Origin: a virus
Lineage: Duplodnaviria > Caudoviricetes
IMG/VR virus record: IMGVR_UViG_3300030330_005626
Location: 60,637-124,636 of that record
Reading direction: 5' to 3' (one strand)
Length of the DNA: 64,000 nucleotides
Part shown: positions 30,912 to 40,893 of the stretch, in pieces
Numbering within the stretch: the first letter of the stretch is position 1
Layout: every line of letters begins with the position of its first letter
Translations under genes and position numbers: made by a program
Notes under the pieces: generated by a model
Told to the model about the DNA's origin: nothing
The model's database searches: none
Seen by the model: the letters and a program-made list of their open reading frames with translations, nothing else

Positions 30912-31961
30912 TTATTGATGTATTTTTAGTATATCGCTAACACTCAAAGAGTCTTTTTTAAGCTCTTTTTTAAGTTTTTCGGCAGCTTCTACAAAATTTA
31001 CTGGTCTAGCTTGCTCTGAGGCGGCTATTTGACTTACCTCTTTTTTTGTTGCCCCCGTATAGCTAACACCTTCAAATCTTTCAGTGGTTTTGCCTGAAGA
31101 GCTTGTTTGGGAGCTTGAAGATGGTTTTTGTTTGTATTTTCTATTGATAATGTCTCTCTCCCTCTCGAACCAATCGATCATATCATCTACATCTTGTAGG
31201 TCTGGCGGGCTATTATCAGAATTTTCTAAAACACTTTTGCAGCCATTTCCGTAAGAGCACAAGTTTGATTGATAAGTTGTGAAATCTTTAATGGCTTTAC
31301 CCATAAAATAAAAAGGGTTTGATTTTGACAAAAGATAAGTATTTAAGAAAAAAGTACTATGAGCAACTCTTTTTATATTATGACTACTAAATTTATTTAA
31401 TGCAAAATAATAAGAATTAGTATAAACATAAGTATCTTCAACTGGTATTTCTTGATACTCTTCAAAATCAAACAAATACTCTTTTAAGTCAGGGGTTTTA
31501 TAAAAAGAATAACACAATATAAAATCATTAATTTTGCTATTAGCATATTCTTCTACTGTGTTTACTTTGATTTGCTTTCTTTTGAATTCTATTTCTTTGA
31601 ATTGTTTTTCTTTTTCTTTTAATCTAGAATCAATAATATTTCTTTGAGCCTCAACAAATATTTTACTTTTTGATTTATTTAAGTTCTGTATTTCTTTAGA
31701 AAGTCTTTGATAGTTTTCCTCTTCCTGATTTGACCAGTTTCCTGTTTTGTCTAAAAGTTCGAAAAAATCTTTTTCAGTTTGAAGACCTCTTTCTAGAGCT
31801 ATATTCTTAAATAAGTTTTTCTTTTCCTCGAAAAATGCATAATCGACATCTCTCAAGTGTTTTATGTAAACTTCTTTTGAGCCGATATGATAAGTCGAGT
31901 AACCGTTGATTATATCATTATATAATCGTAGGCAAAACTCACTTTTTTCCTGTGGAGTCAC
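30912..31961 (-). CDS. Putative tail assembly chaperone (second)
   Basis: Directly upstream of TMP; helical/coiled-coil; GTG start. Confidence 0.5.
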   Translation of the reverse strand: MTPQEKSEFCLRLYNDIINGYSTYHIGSKEVYIKHLRDVDYAFFEEKKNLFKNIALERGLQTEKDFFELLDKTGNWSNQEEENYQRLSKEIQNLNKSKSKIFVEAQRNIIDSRLKEKEKQFKEIEFKRKQIKVNTVEEYANSKINDFILCYSFYKTPDLKEYLFDFEEYQEIPVEDTYVYTNSYYFALNKFSSHNIKRVAHSTFFLNTYLLSKSNPFYFMGKAIKDFTTYQSNLCSYGNGCKSVLENSDNSPPDLQDVDDMIDWFERERDIINRKYKQKPSSSSQTSSSGKTTERFEGVSYTGATKKEVSQIAASEQARPVNFVEAAEKLKKELKKDSLSVSDILKIHQ

Positions 31962-31970
31962 AAGAAAATT

Positions 31971-32960
31971 TTATTGAGAATCTTTTTCTGGGGCGGAATC
32001 AGATTCGGCTGCTTGTTTCAACTCTTCTTCTCTGGCGGCTTCAACCTCTTCGGATAAAGAGTCCAACTTCTCTTCTAGCTCTTCAGCGATAGCTTCTTGC
32101 TCTGCTTTGTATTGAGAATCTACAGCTTTGGCTACAATATCGTCGGTTTGGCTTGCAGTTTCTTCTTCGTTATTGATATTAAAGATGTCTACTTCTTTCA
32201 GCAATTCATCGGCAGCATCAAAACCTTCTTTGTCTGTAGCCTGTCCAGAATACCAAAAAGATATAAAGTAAGCGAACTTTTTAACCGCAATGCTAAAATG
32301 CTGTTTTTCTCCACCCTCGCTGTATTCTTCGCCTTCTTCGATTTCGTCGTAAGAATTTAATTTGTTTTCAAAAGTTTCACCATCGAAAACAGACTTAAAG
32401 TCTTCGTCTCCGTCTTCTTTAATGTAAGCTAAATTTAAAGTCCACCAAAGAATGGTTCTATTTCTAGCTTTGTGTTCTGCGGTTTGATCAAACAAAGAAG
32501 ACTGAACGCTTTCAAATTCGACAAGCTGTTGCCTTATAGAAGTAATTTCTAGAATTAAATCTTGTAATTTTTTTGCTCTTTTTTTTGCGTTTTCAGTATC
32601 TAATTGTATTCTTTGAACTTCTTGCTCTTTTTCATGAAGAAGAGAGTAAAGCTTAGAATACTTTTCTTGATCGGCGTCAGTTAAAGTACCTCCGTCATTA
32701 GCAAACCTTTTAGCCAGCAGAGTTTTCGTTAACATTCCAGCTTGAATGTACTTAGACAACTCAACCGAGTAAAAAAGCTCGCCATCTTCATATAAACTTC
32801 TCGTTGGTTTAAGAATCGCGCACTTTACAGGCTTGTCTTTTTTAATCTTTTTAAACTGCTTGATTTCTTCACCGTCTTTAATTACTGGATCGATTTCGAT
32901 TTCTTCTTCTACGGTTCTTGAAACCTTGAAGTGATACATCCATTTGCTGTTTTTGCTCAT
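31971..32960 (-). CDS. Putative tail assembly chaperone (first)
   Basis: Between tail tube and TMP; acidic coiled-coil. Confidence 0.5.
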   Translation of the reverse strand: MSKNSKWMYHFKVSRTVEEEIEIDPVIKDGEEIKQFKKIKKDKPVKCAILKPTRSLYEDGELFYSVELSKYIQAGMLTKTLLAKRFANDGGTLTDADQEKYSKLYSLLHEKEQEVQRIQLDTENAKKRAKKLQDLILEITSIRQQLVEFESVQSSLFDQTAEHKARNRTILWWTLNLAYIKEDGDEDFKSVFDGETFENKLNSYDEIEEGEEYSEGGEKQHFSIAVKKFAYFISFWYSGQATDKEGFDAADELLKEVDIFNINNEEETASQTDDIVAKAVDSQYKAEQEAIAEELEEKLDSLSEEVEAAREEELKQAAESDSAPEKDSQ

Positions 32961-32973
32961 ATTTTCCTTGTTC

Positions 32974-33273
32974 CTATTTTAAAGTTATTTTTAGATTTTC
33001 AATACTTCTTTCAAATTCTCTGATAGCTTCGTTTCCGATATCTAACGTTTTTTTTCTGAAGTAATTATATTTCTTTTCGGATAGATAGTCAACGTCGTCA
33101 AGAGTTTCTTGTGGTACATGATTTTTTAACTTATCCATCATTTGATTGTGCTCGACGCTTACATCTTCCAAAAGAATAAGATGATTTTTGTAAAGGTTTA
33201 CAATATTCCTATGAATTTGAAAAACTAAATATTCTTTTAGCTTTTCTTCGTTTGAAGAATTTCCTTTAGCCAT
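32974..33273 (-). CDS. Hypothetical protein (tail region)
   Basis: 99-aa ORF preceded by GTGTA (33296-33300) and AAAAGG. Confidence 0.6.
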   Translation of the reverse strand: MAKGNSSNEEKLKEYLVFQIHRNIVNLYKNHLILLEDVSVEHNQMMDKLKNHVPQETLDDVDYLSEKKYNYFRKKTLDIGNEAIREFERSIENLKITLK

Positions 33274-33309
33274 AACCTTTTACCTTGATTTAATATACAC
33301 CTTTTTAAT

Positions 33310-33346
33310 AAAAAAACAAAAAAAAATCCCCCTCCGAAGAGGGGGA
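33310..33346 (-). terminator. Rho-independent terminator after tail tube gene
   Basis: TCCCCCTC-TTCG-GAGGGGGA hairpin (cUUCGg loop) followed by long U run. Confidence 0.92.
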
Positions 33347-33368
33347 CTAGTAGGAGATTTGTTAAGTT

Positions 33369-34334
33369 TTAAGCGTCTGTAATAATCAATTGGCTTTTTG
33401 AACCCTCTCCACCGATTGAGCATGAGAAGGTTGCGTTACATGTCGCAGCGGTGTCACCGATTGAGTTACTAAAGCTCACCGCGTCTAATGTACCACTTTG
33501 CAGCTTGAATTTAGTAGCTCCAAAATCAACAGCAACGTTACAAAAAGCACCGCTACCTGCCTGACCCGCTGTGCCGTCACTGGCTTTTTGTGACAAATCC
33601 GACAACGCCATAGACATACCTCTGTCTACAGCAAACGCTTCTAATTCCAAGGTAGCCGTAGCTGGGAAGCTTGGCACACGAGCGTATTGGAATTTATTGT
33701 TTGTATCAGTTTGAATGCCAGCAGAATCCTTAAATGCCAGTTCCTGCAAACCTTCTACACCCAAGTCAAAACTTACAGTGGCGCTTTGCGGATGAACATA
33801 ATGACCAGTGGTATCAGTAGTTATTTCACTGAAATCAACAACTACACCAGACTGAGTGGCGACATCGATATCAGTGGCGGGCGCAGTAACAGCATTTGTC
33901 GTGTAACTCAAATCTGTTCCTTCGAAGCCCAAGGTCATCGTAGGAATAGCTCCGACACTCGCTTCAGCGCTCATCGAAGTAAGCGAACCGCTAACAATTT
34001 GGATTGTAGCGTCTGAACCGTCGTAATCTTCACCTTCGGTATTATCTAAACCGACCAAACAATCAACGTTTTTACCAGAAATGGCAGAGCCCAGTAACTG
34101 ACCAAGCACTATAGGCTCCAAACCGCCAACGTACATAGTGGTTTCCAAATTAGCAACTGGAGCTTCTAAGATAATTCTATCTACAGCGCCCAAATCGCCA
34201 AATTGAAGTACGTCTTCGCGGGTTACATCAAGTCCATAGTTTACACTTTGCACACCCTTACAGGTGGAATTTTGGATTCCGTCACCTTCGACGCGAACGG
34301 ACTGACTCTGGTAAATAATTCTTTTTCTAGGCAT
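33369..34334 (-). CDS. Major tail tube protein
   Basis: 'RIIYQS...VQSVNYGLDVTREDVLQFG' tube-like N-terminus; AGGAG SD; own promoter and terminator; position before chaperones and TMP. Confidence 0.75.
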   Translation of the reverse strand: MPRKRIIYQSQSVRVEGDGIQNSTCKGVQSVNYGLDVTREDVLQFGDLGAVDRIILEAPVANLETTMYVGGLEPIVLGQLLGSAISGKNVDCLVGLDNTEGEDYDGSDATIQIVSGSLTSMSAEASVGAIPTMTLGFEGTDLSYTTNAVTAPATDIDVATQSGVVVDFSEITTDTTGHYVHPQSATVSFDLGVEGLQELAFKDSAGIQTDTNNKFQYARVPSFPATATLELEAFAVDRGMSMALSDLSQKASDGTAGQAGSGAFCNVAVDFGATKFKLQSGTLDAVSFSNSIGDTAATCNATFSCSIGGEGSKSQLIITDA

Positions 34335-34363
34335 AATTTAAATCTCCTGATCTTATTTATAAT

Positions 34364-34388
34364 TACATTTTATTTTTGATAATGAGAA
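34364..34388 (-). promoter_or_regulatory. Bipartite late promoter TTCTCA-N14-ATGTA for tail tube
   Basis: Same spacing as sites at 47287-47311 and 49555-49579. Confidence 0.65.
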
Positions 34389-34392
34389 CAAT

Positions 34393-35256
34393 TTAATCAT
34401 TAAATTGCCTCGGTCTTCTTGCTATTATTAGCTCATAATCGATAAATGCAGTGTGCATTTGAGGGTTAATTTTATTATAAGCATTTAAACCTGCTACATT
34501 TTTAGATACTAAAGCATTATTTAAAAATATCGCATTTCCATCACCTTCTGAACCAGTTGCTAAACCTGTATAATTATAGGCTACCCCAGTGTAAGCCCCC
34601 AAAGCGTTAAAAGGTAGCTCATCTTGAATAAAATAAACATTACTTTTAACCACATCTTTAAGAATACTACACGCAGCATCTAAATTATATGCAGAATCAG
34701 CTAAAACTATCAATCTTGCATTGAAATTTGTTTGATCTGTTCCCCCGAATGAGAATGGAACATTTTCACTCGATACATTTTTAACAAAAACGGCTGGAAA
34801 AGTTTGAGAATCTGGCGCTAAACCAGTGGTGTCCTGATGGGTTTTTGGTTTTACATGGTATTTACTTTCAAAAAGAATTTCTTCTTCAGAAAGCGTGGTC
34901 AAATAAACATTAAATTCTTTAACTGAGTAATCACCACTTATTCTATTGCTTCCAGTGATCTCATTCGTAAAATTAACTTGACCATTTATGTAATCTATTG
35001 AATTTAAGCCGCTTTGACCAGGTATAATAAAAGTATTATCTAAATAAACGCCTGTCATTACGTCTGCGCCAGTGATTGACACGTCAGAAACTAGTTGCTT
35101 GAATGGGGCTGAATAATTGTAATAATTAGCGTAAGTTTGAGTGGTCTTTGAAAAATAGCTAGAGTGGTTATCAAAAGCGTCTCCGTGTTCAAGTAATTTA
35201 TGGTCTACGAATAAAAGTAGACTGCTCATTACCCTGTTATCGAATTGAGCTTTCAT
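34393..35256 (-). CDS. Putative tail terminator/completion protein
   Basis: Just upstream of tube; 'FPAVFVK...PFSFGG' segment. Confidence 0.5.
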   Translation of the reverse strand: MKAQFDNRVMSSLLLFVDHKLLEHGDAFDNHSSYFSKTTQTYANYYNYSAPFKQLVSDVSITGADVMTGVYLDNTFIIPGQSGLNSIDYINGQVNFTNEITGSNRISGDYSVKEFNVYLTTLSEEEILFESKYHVKPKTHQDTTGLAPDSQTFPAVFVKNVSSENVPFSFGGTDQTNFNARLIVLADSAYNLDAACSILKDVVKSNVYFIQDELPFNALGAYTGVAYNYTGLATGSEGDGNAIFLNNALVSKNVAGLNAYNKINPQMHTAFIDYELIIARRPRQFND

Positions 35257-35258
35257 GT

Positions 35259-35843
35259 TTATCTAATTCTTTTTGTAAACGCTAATAACATAGCTGAAAA
35301 ATAACTGGTATTTTTAAATGATCCACCTCTAACTCTTTTATCAGCTTGAAATGCATTACCCGATCTAGAGCGTTGCCATTTCTTATAAAAGTAACTTCCA
35401 AACCCAGAAATACCGCTTTCTATACCATACAACCAACTTCTCGCACTTTCAAATGGTAAAGGTGTTGCTCTATAAAAAGCTTCCCGTGTTGGTATTTGTA
35501 TTTCTACTTCGACTGTTAGTTTGCTTCTAGACGGAATAGATTTAGTTATTTTACCAGTTTTTATTGTGTTTAGTAAATTTTCTACTATTTTTGTGGGTCT
35601 GCTTCCCGCTGGAAAACCTATAAAACTGTATAAATTGCCGTAACCGCCTAAAGTATTGCTTATATTTGGTGAGCTTGCACCACCTTCTATTTCTCTCGTA
35701 ACTGGATGAGCTTTAAATTCGCTCAAAAGCAAAGCTTTCGATGATTCAACTTTTTCAGAGGCTCTTTTTTTAATTTCAGATTTATAAACCCTATTATTAG
35801 CGAGCTTTTTATTGAAAATTGACATGTTTACTTTTTTAGCCAT
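35259..35843 (-). CDS. Putative neck/tail completion protein (basic)
   Basis: Basic 194-aa protein at the HK97-gp10-like position. Confidence 0.45.
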   Translation of the reverse strand: MAKKVNMSIFNKKLANNRVYKSEIKKRASEKVESSKALLLSEFKAHPVTREIEGGASSPNISNTLGGYGNLYSFIGFPAGSRPTKIVENLLNTIKTGKITKSIPSRSKLTVEVEIQIPTREAFYRATPLPFESARSWLYGIESGISGFGSYFYKKWQRSRSGNAFQADKRVRGGSFKNTSYFSAMLLAFTKRIR

Positions 35844-35844
35844 A

Positions 35845-36288
35845 TTAATCCGCTTCCGCTAATATATAAACATAATAATTTCTATTTAAGAATACTTCTT
35901 TTGTGTCTGAACTTTTAACGAAGAATTTTTTTCCATCAAATTCTAAAGATTCAGTTCTTCCATTATTTATGTAGTCCCTAGCTGTTTTTTCAACTTTCAA
36001 TTTTACCGCATCATCAGGTAGTCTTATGTTTGCTTGCTGCAAATCCTGATCGTCTCTGTTGGTGCCGTAAACAATTAAACCAGAAAAAACACCAGAAACT
36101 GGAGTGAAGCTATAATTGTCACCATTTGAATCTGTTCCGTATCCGTATAAAAAACTTAAATCAACATCAGCTACAGTCTTTTGGGGTTCTTTATAAACGA
36201 GAACTTCTTTTTTAAAATAGTCAAAAAAGTCTTGATAAGCTCCCGTAAAGGGCGTGACATTTATAATGGAATTTGAAATGAAACTCAT
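35845..36288 (-). CDS. Putative head-tail stopper/closure protein
   Basis: Size, beta-rich 'LEFDGKKFFV' and neck module synteny. Confidence 0.45.
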   Translation of the reverse strand: MSFISNSIINVTPFTGAYQDFFDYFKKEVLVYKEPQKTVADVDLSFLYGYGTDSNGDNYSFTPVSGVFSGLIVYGTNRDDQDLQQANIRLPDDAVKLKVEKTARDYINNGRTESLEFDGKKFFVKSSDTKEVFLNRNYYVYILAEAD

Positions 36289-36290
36289 TA

Positions 36291-36812
36291 TTAGATGTCT
36301 ATTCTATTATAGTTTATCCCAGCCGATCCATAGCCACCGTTGTAGAAACCTTCGGTGGTGTCGTCACCAGCGACTTGTCTCGGAACCGCTTTGTGAACTT
36401 TATAGTAAGCTACCATTCTATTCAACTCTTCAGTTTCTAAACGTTTTACGCTAGTTAAATTTCTAATTATATCTGTTTTAGAGGTTTTTCTTACTCTCAT
36501 TCCATCAGAGCTCACCTCTACAACCGAATCAGTTTCTACACCTACAACACTTGCTCTGATTTTAGTGTCATAGTAATGTACCGTGTACATTTTTTTAAGA
36601 ATTGAAGCTTCGTCAATGCCAATGTTAGTGGCTACTCCATTTATTTCTCTTTGTATTTCTAAAGAAGTAGAATTTACAGAAAAATCAGTGTTAATAGCGT
36701 TGTTTAGAGAGCCAACATTCTCTCTTACCCAGAAAGCGATAGCGGGAATGCTAATGCTACTCGGTTCTCCTAAATCCCTGTAAATCGCATCTGATATATC
36801 AACAACCTTCAT
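36291..36812 (-). CDS. Putative head-tail adaptor protein
   Basis: First gene of neck module; GTGTA 10 nt upstream (36823-36827). Confidence 0.45.
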   Translation of the reverse strand: MKVVDISDAIYRDLGEPSSISIPAIAFWVRENVGSLNNAINTDFSVNSTSLEIQREINGVATNIGIDEASILKKMYTVHYYDTKIRASVVGVETDSVVEVSSDGMRVRKTSKTDIIRNLTSVKRLETEELNRMVAYYKVHKAVPRQVAGDDTTEGFYNGGYGSAGINYNRIDI

Positions 36813-36838
36813 ATTAACATATTACACTTTTTATTCGG

Positions 36839-37492
36839 TTATTTTGTTTTATTTTTATTTATATTACGCCTGTATTCAAACGTTGCATCTTGGTCTTCTA
36901 GCCATAAAAGTAGATTTTCTTGATCTATAGTAAAACCTTGTTTAACATATTTAAGAAATCTCGTATTGTTAGCTCTTGGGTAACCTTGTCTCATAGAATT
37001 TCTGGTTAATATTTTATTTTTAATATCACGCTCGTAACTTGAAGCGAAAAACGTATTACCCTCACTATCTAAAGCTCCCATTTCTACGCTAAAGTCAAAC
37101 CAATCGATACATTCTTGAGGGGTGCTAGAATAATTAGATTCTCCTGATTTGCCATCCCAACACCCAATATCCATTGAGTGATAATTATATTTACCACCTT
37201 GAGCTAAATGACTGTATTTGTCTGGAACGCTTCCTCTAGTTAAATTAAAGACTGCGCCACGGTCTCTAGGTAATTCTCTCATGACTTTAAATTGTTTGCA
37301 TTTTAAATACTTAATAGCCTTATCACGCTCTTTTGCGTTTGGAAAAAATATATCTATATCTTTTAGTGTCGCGCCTCCAGCAACAAAGTAGTCTCTTATA
37401 GCACCCCCAGCTATCCAAAAATAAGAAGCCTCAGATTCTTTTATTAAATCAAAGAAGGGTTGCATGTATTCTTTTAATTTAGGAATGTTCAT
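36839..37492 (-). CDS. Nucleotidyltransferase (CCA-adding/polyA polymerase head-like)
   Basis: IAGGAIRD...KDIDIF catalytic motif; later FDFSV and RFLKYVKQGF. Confidence 0.75.
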   Translation of the reverse strand: MNIPKLKEYMQPFFDLIKESEASYFWIAGGAIRDYFVAGGATLKDIDIFFPNAKERDKAIKYLKCKQFKVMRELPRDRGAVFNLTRGSVPDKYSHLAQGGKYNYHSMDIGCWDGKSGESNYSSTPQECIDWFDFSVEMGALDSEGNTFFASSYERDIKNKILTRNSMRQGYPRANNTRFLKYVKQGFTIDQENLLLWLEDQDATFEYRRNINKNKTK

Positions 37493-38211
37493 GTTTTGTG
37501 GGAAATAAAATGAATTGTATCATATAATTCTTCTTGCAGGATTTCTCTTCCTAAAAAATTCTGTAGCCTTGGAGTTTTTTTGTCCACCGATGCTTGTCTC
37601 CACAGAGGGATCGAAGAGGTACTAAATGCCGTATTTACAGTAAACAGATTTGTAGCATCTGCTATACTTCTTAAATCTTTAGCGCATAGCTCGTTTACGT
37701 GACTTTTTCCACACACAGAAGGTCGAGAAACTTGCACGAAATCATTTGTTAAAATTCTTAATAGAGCAAGAGGACATACGCGATTACGGGTAGACACATA
37801 AAATGTGCCATTAGGTTTCAAAACTCTATAAGCTTCTTTCCAGAAATTAATTATCCCATCCCAGCAGAGCATTCCCCCTTTCTTTATTAACCAAAAATGT
37901 TCTATGGCCTCGTGACAACTTACGAAATCGAAAGAATCATTGTCGTAAGGTAATTTTTCGGTTCTTATATCTAATAAGCGGCGATTAATATAATTATATT
38001 CTATATCGCAAAGAAGGAGAGTATATTTTTTAAAAGAGTAAGTTTTACGGTCATCGCCCCCTACGTCTAGTAACTTCTCACCACCCTTGATTAATTTTTT
38101 TGTTTCACATACACTTTGATATATTCTTTTCTTTCCGCCCTCGATGTAATTGTATCTTTTGCCATCTTCAATGAGTTTTCTAGCTAATTTAATTTTTTTT
38201 AAATTACTCAT
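37489..38211 (-). CDS. Class I SAM-dependent methyltransferase
   Basis: LLDVGG, LPYDNDSFDFV, EAIEH, EAYRVLKPNG. Confidence 0.9.
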   Translation of the reverse strand: MSNLKKIKLARKLIEDGKRYNYIEGGKKRIYQSVCETKKLIKGGEKLLDVGGDDRKTYSFKKYTLLLCDIEYNYINRRLLDIRTEKLPYDNDSFDFVSCHEAIEHFWLIKKGGMLCWDGIINFWKEAYRVLKPNGTFYVSTRNRVCPLALLRILTNDFVQVSRPSVCGKSHVNELCAKDLRSIADATNLFTVNTAFSTSSIPLWRQASVDKKTPRLQNFLGREILQEELYDTIHFISHKT

Positions 38212-39904
38212 TTAAATATTTTTCATATCTTTTGTACTCTGGGTGGCCCTCTAACATATTATTGGTCTCTTCGGAAATTTCACCTCGCTCTAAATAAGCC
38301 CGATACCCCTCGCTTTTGGAAGTATTTAGCTTTTTCAAGGGGATATATAGATGTTGAAAATTATTTAGCAAAAAGGATTTAAAATTTTGATTACTAAACT
38401 TCGCAACGTGCTGTATGTCATCTACATAATCAGGTAAACCCCATAAACGTTGGGCTCCTTTACCACTGAGCATACCTCGAATAAAATCGTCTAGTTTAAC
38501 GTTGTGTGGATTATCTTGCCCAGATATATGTATTAATTCTTGCTTTAAAGGCTCTCTTAAATCTAAAGCACTTTTGTCTTCTCTTTCCCATCTATCCCAC
38601 TGGCCTTGCGCCCAAAAATATAAAGAGCACATTATATCTTTAGGGTTTCTTATAAACATAAAAGTTAACCAGCCGTGGTCGTTAAATTTCTTAACAGATT
38701 CCTTAGTCCAATTTATGTGATGATTATGCGTTAGTGCCTCTTCTACGTCGGTTTCAGCTATTTCTAGTAGCTCCTTTTCTGTCCAATCTCTAGTTAAGGC
38801 TCTTTTGTTTTTGTAATTAAAATCCCACCAAGAGTTAAAATGTTTCATGCGTGGGAAAACCTGCTCTCTTATGTAGTGTTGTATGTATACCCCCGCTGCT
38901 TTGCCATAGTGTATGAATGCTAACTTTTTATTGCAATCAGGATTGTAGTGTTTTCTTATATGGCTATTTATAATTGGGCTGTTTTTTGCTTGAGCTAAAG
39001 CGTAATCTTTGGTTTCTTTATTTAAAGCTATTAAGCTTAACCCTCTACCCGAGCTACCTAATTCACTTATATGTGTATGAACAGATTTGGCTTTAAGTGG
39101 TAAATTCTCACCTCTCCAAAATCCTACATTATGTTCTTTGCCGAATGTTTGTATTTTATAGTGATCGGATATTCTATTCATGCACTCCTGCTCAAAAAAA
39201 CTTGAATCAGTCAAGTACAAATGTCTCCAAAATTTTGGAAATCCTTTATTCGCGCAAAATAAATATCCAGCATTGTAAAAACCGAATTCAAAACCCTTGT
39301 GTTGGTTTTCAGTTGGGTAATGATGAGGTGACAAAACAACTTCCGCAGTAAAGTATTCTTGCAAATTATCTAAAACTATAATATCTGTGTCTAGAAAAAA
39401 AGTATTATCGTGGTGCTTTAATGCAAAATCCATGACCTCCATTTTTTTTAGTATTGAAGGAGCATGATGAACTGTATTGGCTATACAAGAGTGACCGTCG
39501 AAAACTTTTTTTTGTATATCGTCTAAATGCTCTTTTTCTGCGCTTGTTTTAAATTTAACATTGTCGGTTACTTTCATTCTGTTCAAGAAAACCCTACTGG
39601 CTTTATCGCAAATAACATAAACAGGTTCATTGTGAAAAAGCCTTAGGGTTTTTAGTAAAACTTCAGCTTCATCTTTAAGATTATCTGTGACAACAAAACA
39701 AAAGCTTTGTATTTTATGGTATCTTTGAGGTTCGTGCTTAGGGGGTAAATTTTCTAACCAAAACTTTTTTGGGTTATAATCTACTTTAAGATTATTTGTA
39801 AATAAGCCTTCTAGTATACTAATATTTTTTGGTTCAAATAAATTATCACCTAAATCTCTTAAACCAACTTCTTCGCCTTTAATCTTTAATCTTGGGATGT
39901 CCAT
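38204..39904 (-). CDS. GT-A glycosyltransferase fused to sulfotransferase-like domain
   Basis: N-part 'KKMEVM..FFLDTDII..YNAGY..FFEQ' (DxD, GT8-like). C-part 'FIHYGKAAG...FIRNPKDIMCSLY' (PAPS-binding motifs). Confidence 0.75.
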   Translation of the reverse strand: MDIPRLKIKGEEVGLRDLGDNLFEPKNISILEGLFTNNLKVDYNPKKFWLENLPPKHEPQRYHKIQSFCFVVTDNLKDEAEVLLKTLRLFHNEPVYVICDKASRVFLNRMKVTDNVKFKTSAEKEHLDDIQKKVFDGHSCIANTVHHAPSILKKMEVMDFALKHHDNTFFLDTDIIVLDNLQEYFTAEVVLSPHHYPTENQHKGFEFGFYNAGYLFCANKGFPKFWRHLYLTDSSFFEQECMNRISDHYKIQTFGKEHNVGFWRGENLPLKAKSVHTHISELGSSGRGLSLIALNKETKDYALAQAKNSPIINSHIRKHYNPDCNKKLAFIHYGKAAGVYIQHYIREQVFPRMKHFNSWWDFNYKNKRALTRDWTEKELLEIAETDVEEALTHNHHINWTKESVKKFNDHGWLTFMFIRNPKDIMCSLYFWAQGQWDRWEREDKSALDLREPLKQELIHISGQDNPHNVKLDDFIRGMLSGKGAQRLWGLPDYVDDIQHVAKFSNQNFKSFLLNNFQHLYIPLKKLNTSKSEGYRAYLERGEISEETNNMLEGHPEYKRYEKYLNE

Positions 39905-40128
39905 TCTGGACCTTGTAATATTTCTATGATTTCTTCGTGAGAGTATTCTTTTAATCCTATTAAATCTTGCGTAATACTATAACAAAAATCAGGTTGTTCA
40001 TCAAGATATTTTAACGTAAAAAATTTACCGTCTAAAGAATAACGAAGCGATTGAGGCTCAGTTTGAAGCACTTGATCAAAATTTACCCAATCAAGTTTAT
40101 CCGCTGGAACTATTATATATTTCTTCAT
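39886..40128 (-). CDS. Small fibre-associated hypothetical protein (probable start MKKYII at 40128)
   Basis: 'VLQT..SLRYSLDG..LKY..YSHEEI..L.GPEWT'; ATG 4 nt after the upstream stop. Confidence 0.6.
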   Translation of the reverse strand: MKKYIIVPADKLDWVNFDQVLQTEPQSLRYSLDGKFFTLKYLDEQPDFCYSITQDLIGLKEYSHEEIIEILQGPEWTSQD

Positions 40129-40132
40129 TATA

Positions 40133-40891
40133 CTATAATGCCGTCTCTCCATAATGCCTAGTATTTACAGGGGATGCTATCGCTAAGTAATTTTGCCTTA
40201 TTTGCGAGTTGGTTAGCGCAGAGCTATACACATGAATATGACCAACGTTTACACCTGCACTAGTATAACTCGAACCATATCTACCGACAGTCATTGGTTT
40301 AGCGGTTGCGGTTGGAGCAAAAGTACTTTGTCTGCCTACAAACGTCCCATTTGCAAAAAACTTATATGTTCCGCTGCTATGAGTTATAGTATAATAGACC
40401 CATTTATCTCTCTCTGATCGAGGGTTGAAGTTGGGGGAAATACTTAAATTGGCAAGATTGCCGCTTGAAGTAAAACTGTGTATCTCTACGACTGACCCGT
40501 CAATCTGAAACATTACATAATTAGAACTGTCGTGAAAAAAATAGAAGAGAATATGTATTTTTCCAGAGCTCCAAGTATTGGGTAGATACACCCATTGACC
40601 AATAGTATAAGCATTTTGAAAAGCTACATTAAATGGATTACCTCCATACCCACTTGATGCCTCTCCTAAATAGTCGTCAATTCCGTCGAACTGAAAAGCT
40701 CGCGGAGCAATATTGACGTAGGTTATTCCATTATATCTTCTAAGTGCATTACTAGCGGCTTGATTCGTCCAGCTACTTGATGATATGCCTTGACTTGGAA
40801 TAAAATTACCAATTAAATCAGCAGATACAATCGCAGAAGATTTTTGTCCCAGAGTCTTGTTAAGACCTGTTTTGTGTATAGGAACCGCCAT
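40133..40891 (-). CDS. LamG/concanavalin A-like lectin domain virion protein
   Basis: FDGIDDY, YTIGQWV, WVYYTIT, 'IHVYSSALTNSQIRQNY'. Confidence 0.85.
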   Translation of the reverse strand: MAVPIHKTGLNKTLGQKSSAIVSADLIGNFIPSQGISSSSWTNQAASNALRRYNGITYVNIAPRAFQFDGIDDYLGEASSGYGGNPFNVAFQNAYTIGQWVYLPNTWSSGKIHILFYFFHDSSNYVMFQIDGSVVEIHSFTSSGNLANLSISPNFNPRSERDKWVYYTITHSSGTYKFFANGTFVGRQSTFAPTATAKPMTVGRYGSSYTSAGVNVGHIHVYSSALTNSQIRQNYLAIASPVNTRHYGETAL

Positions 40892-40893
40892 GA

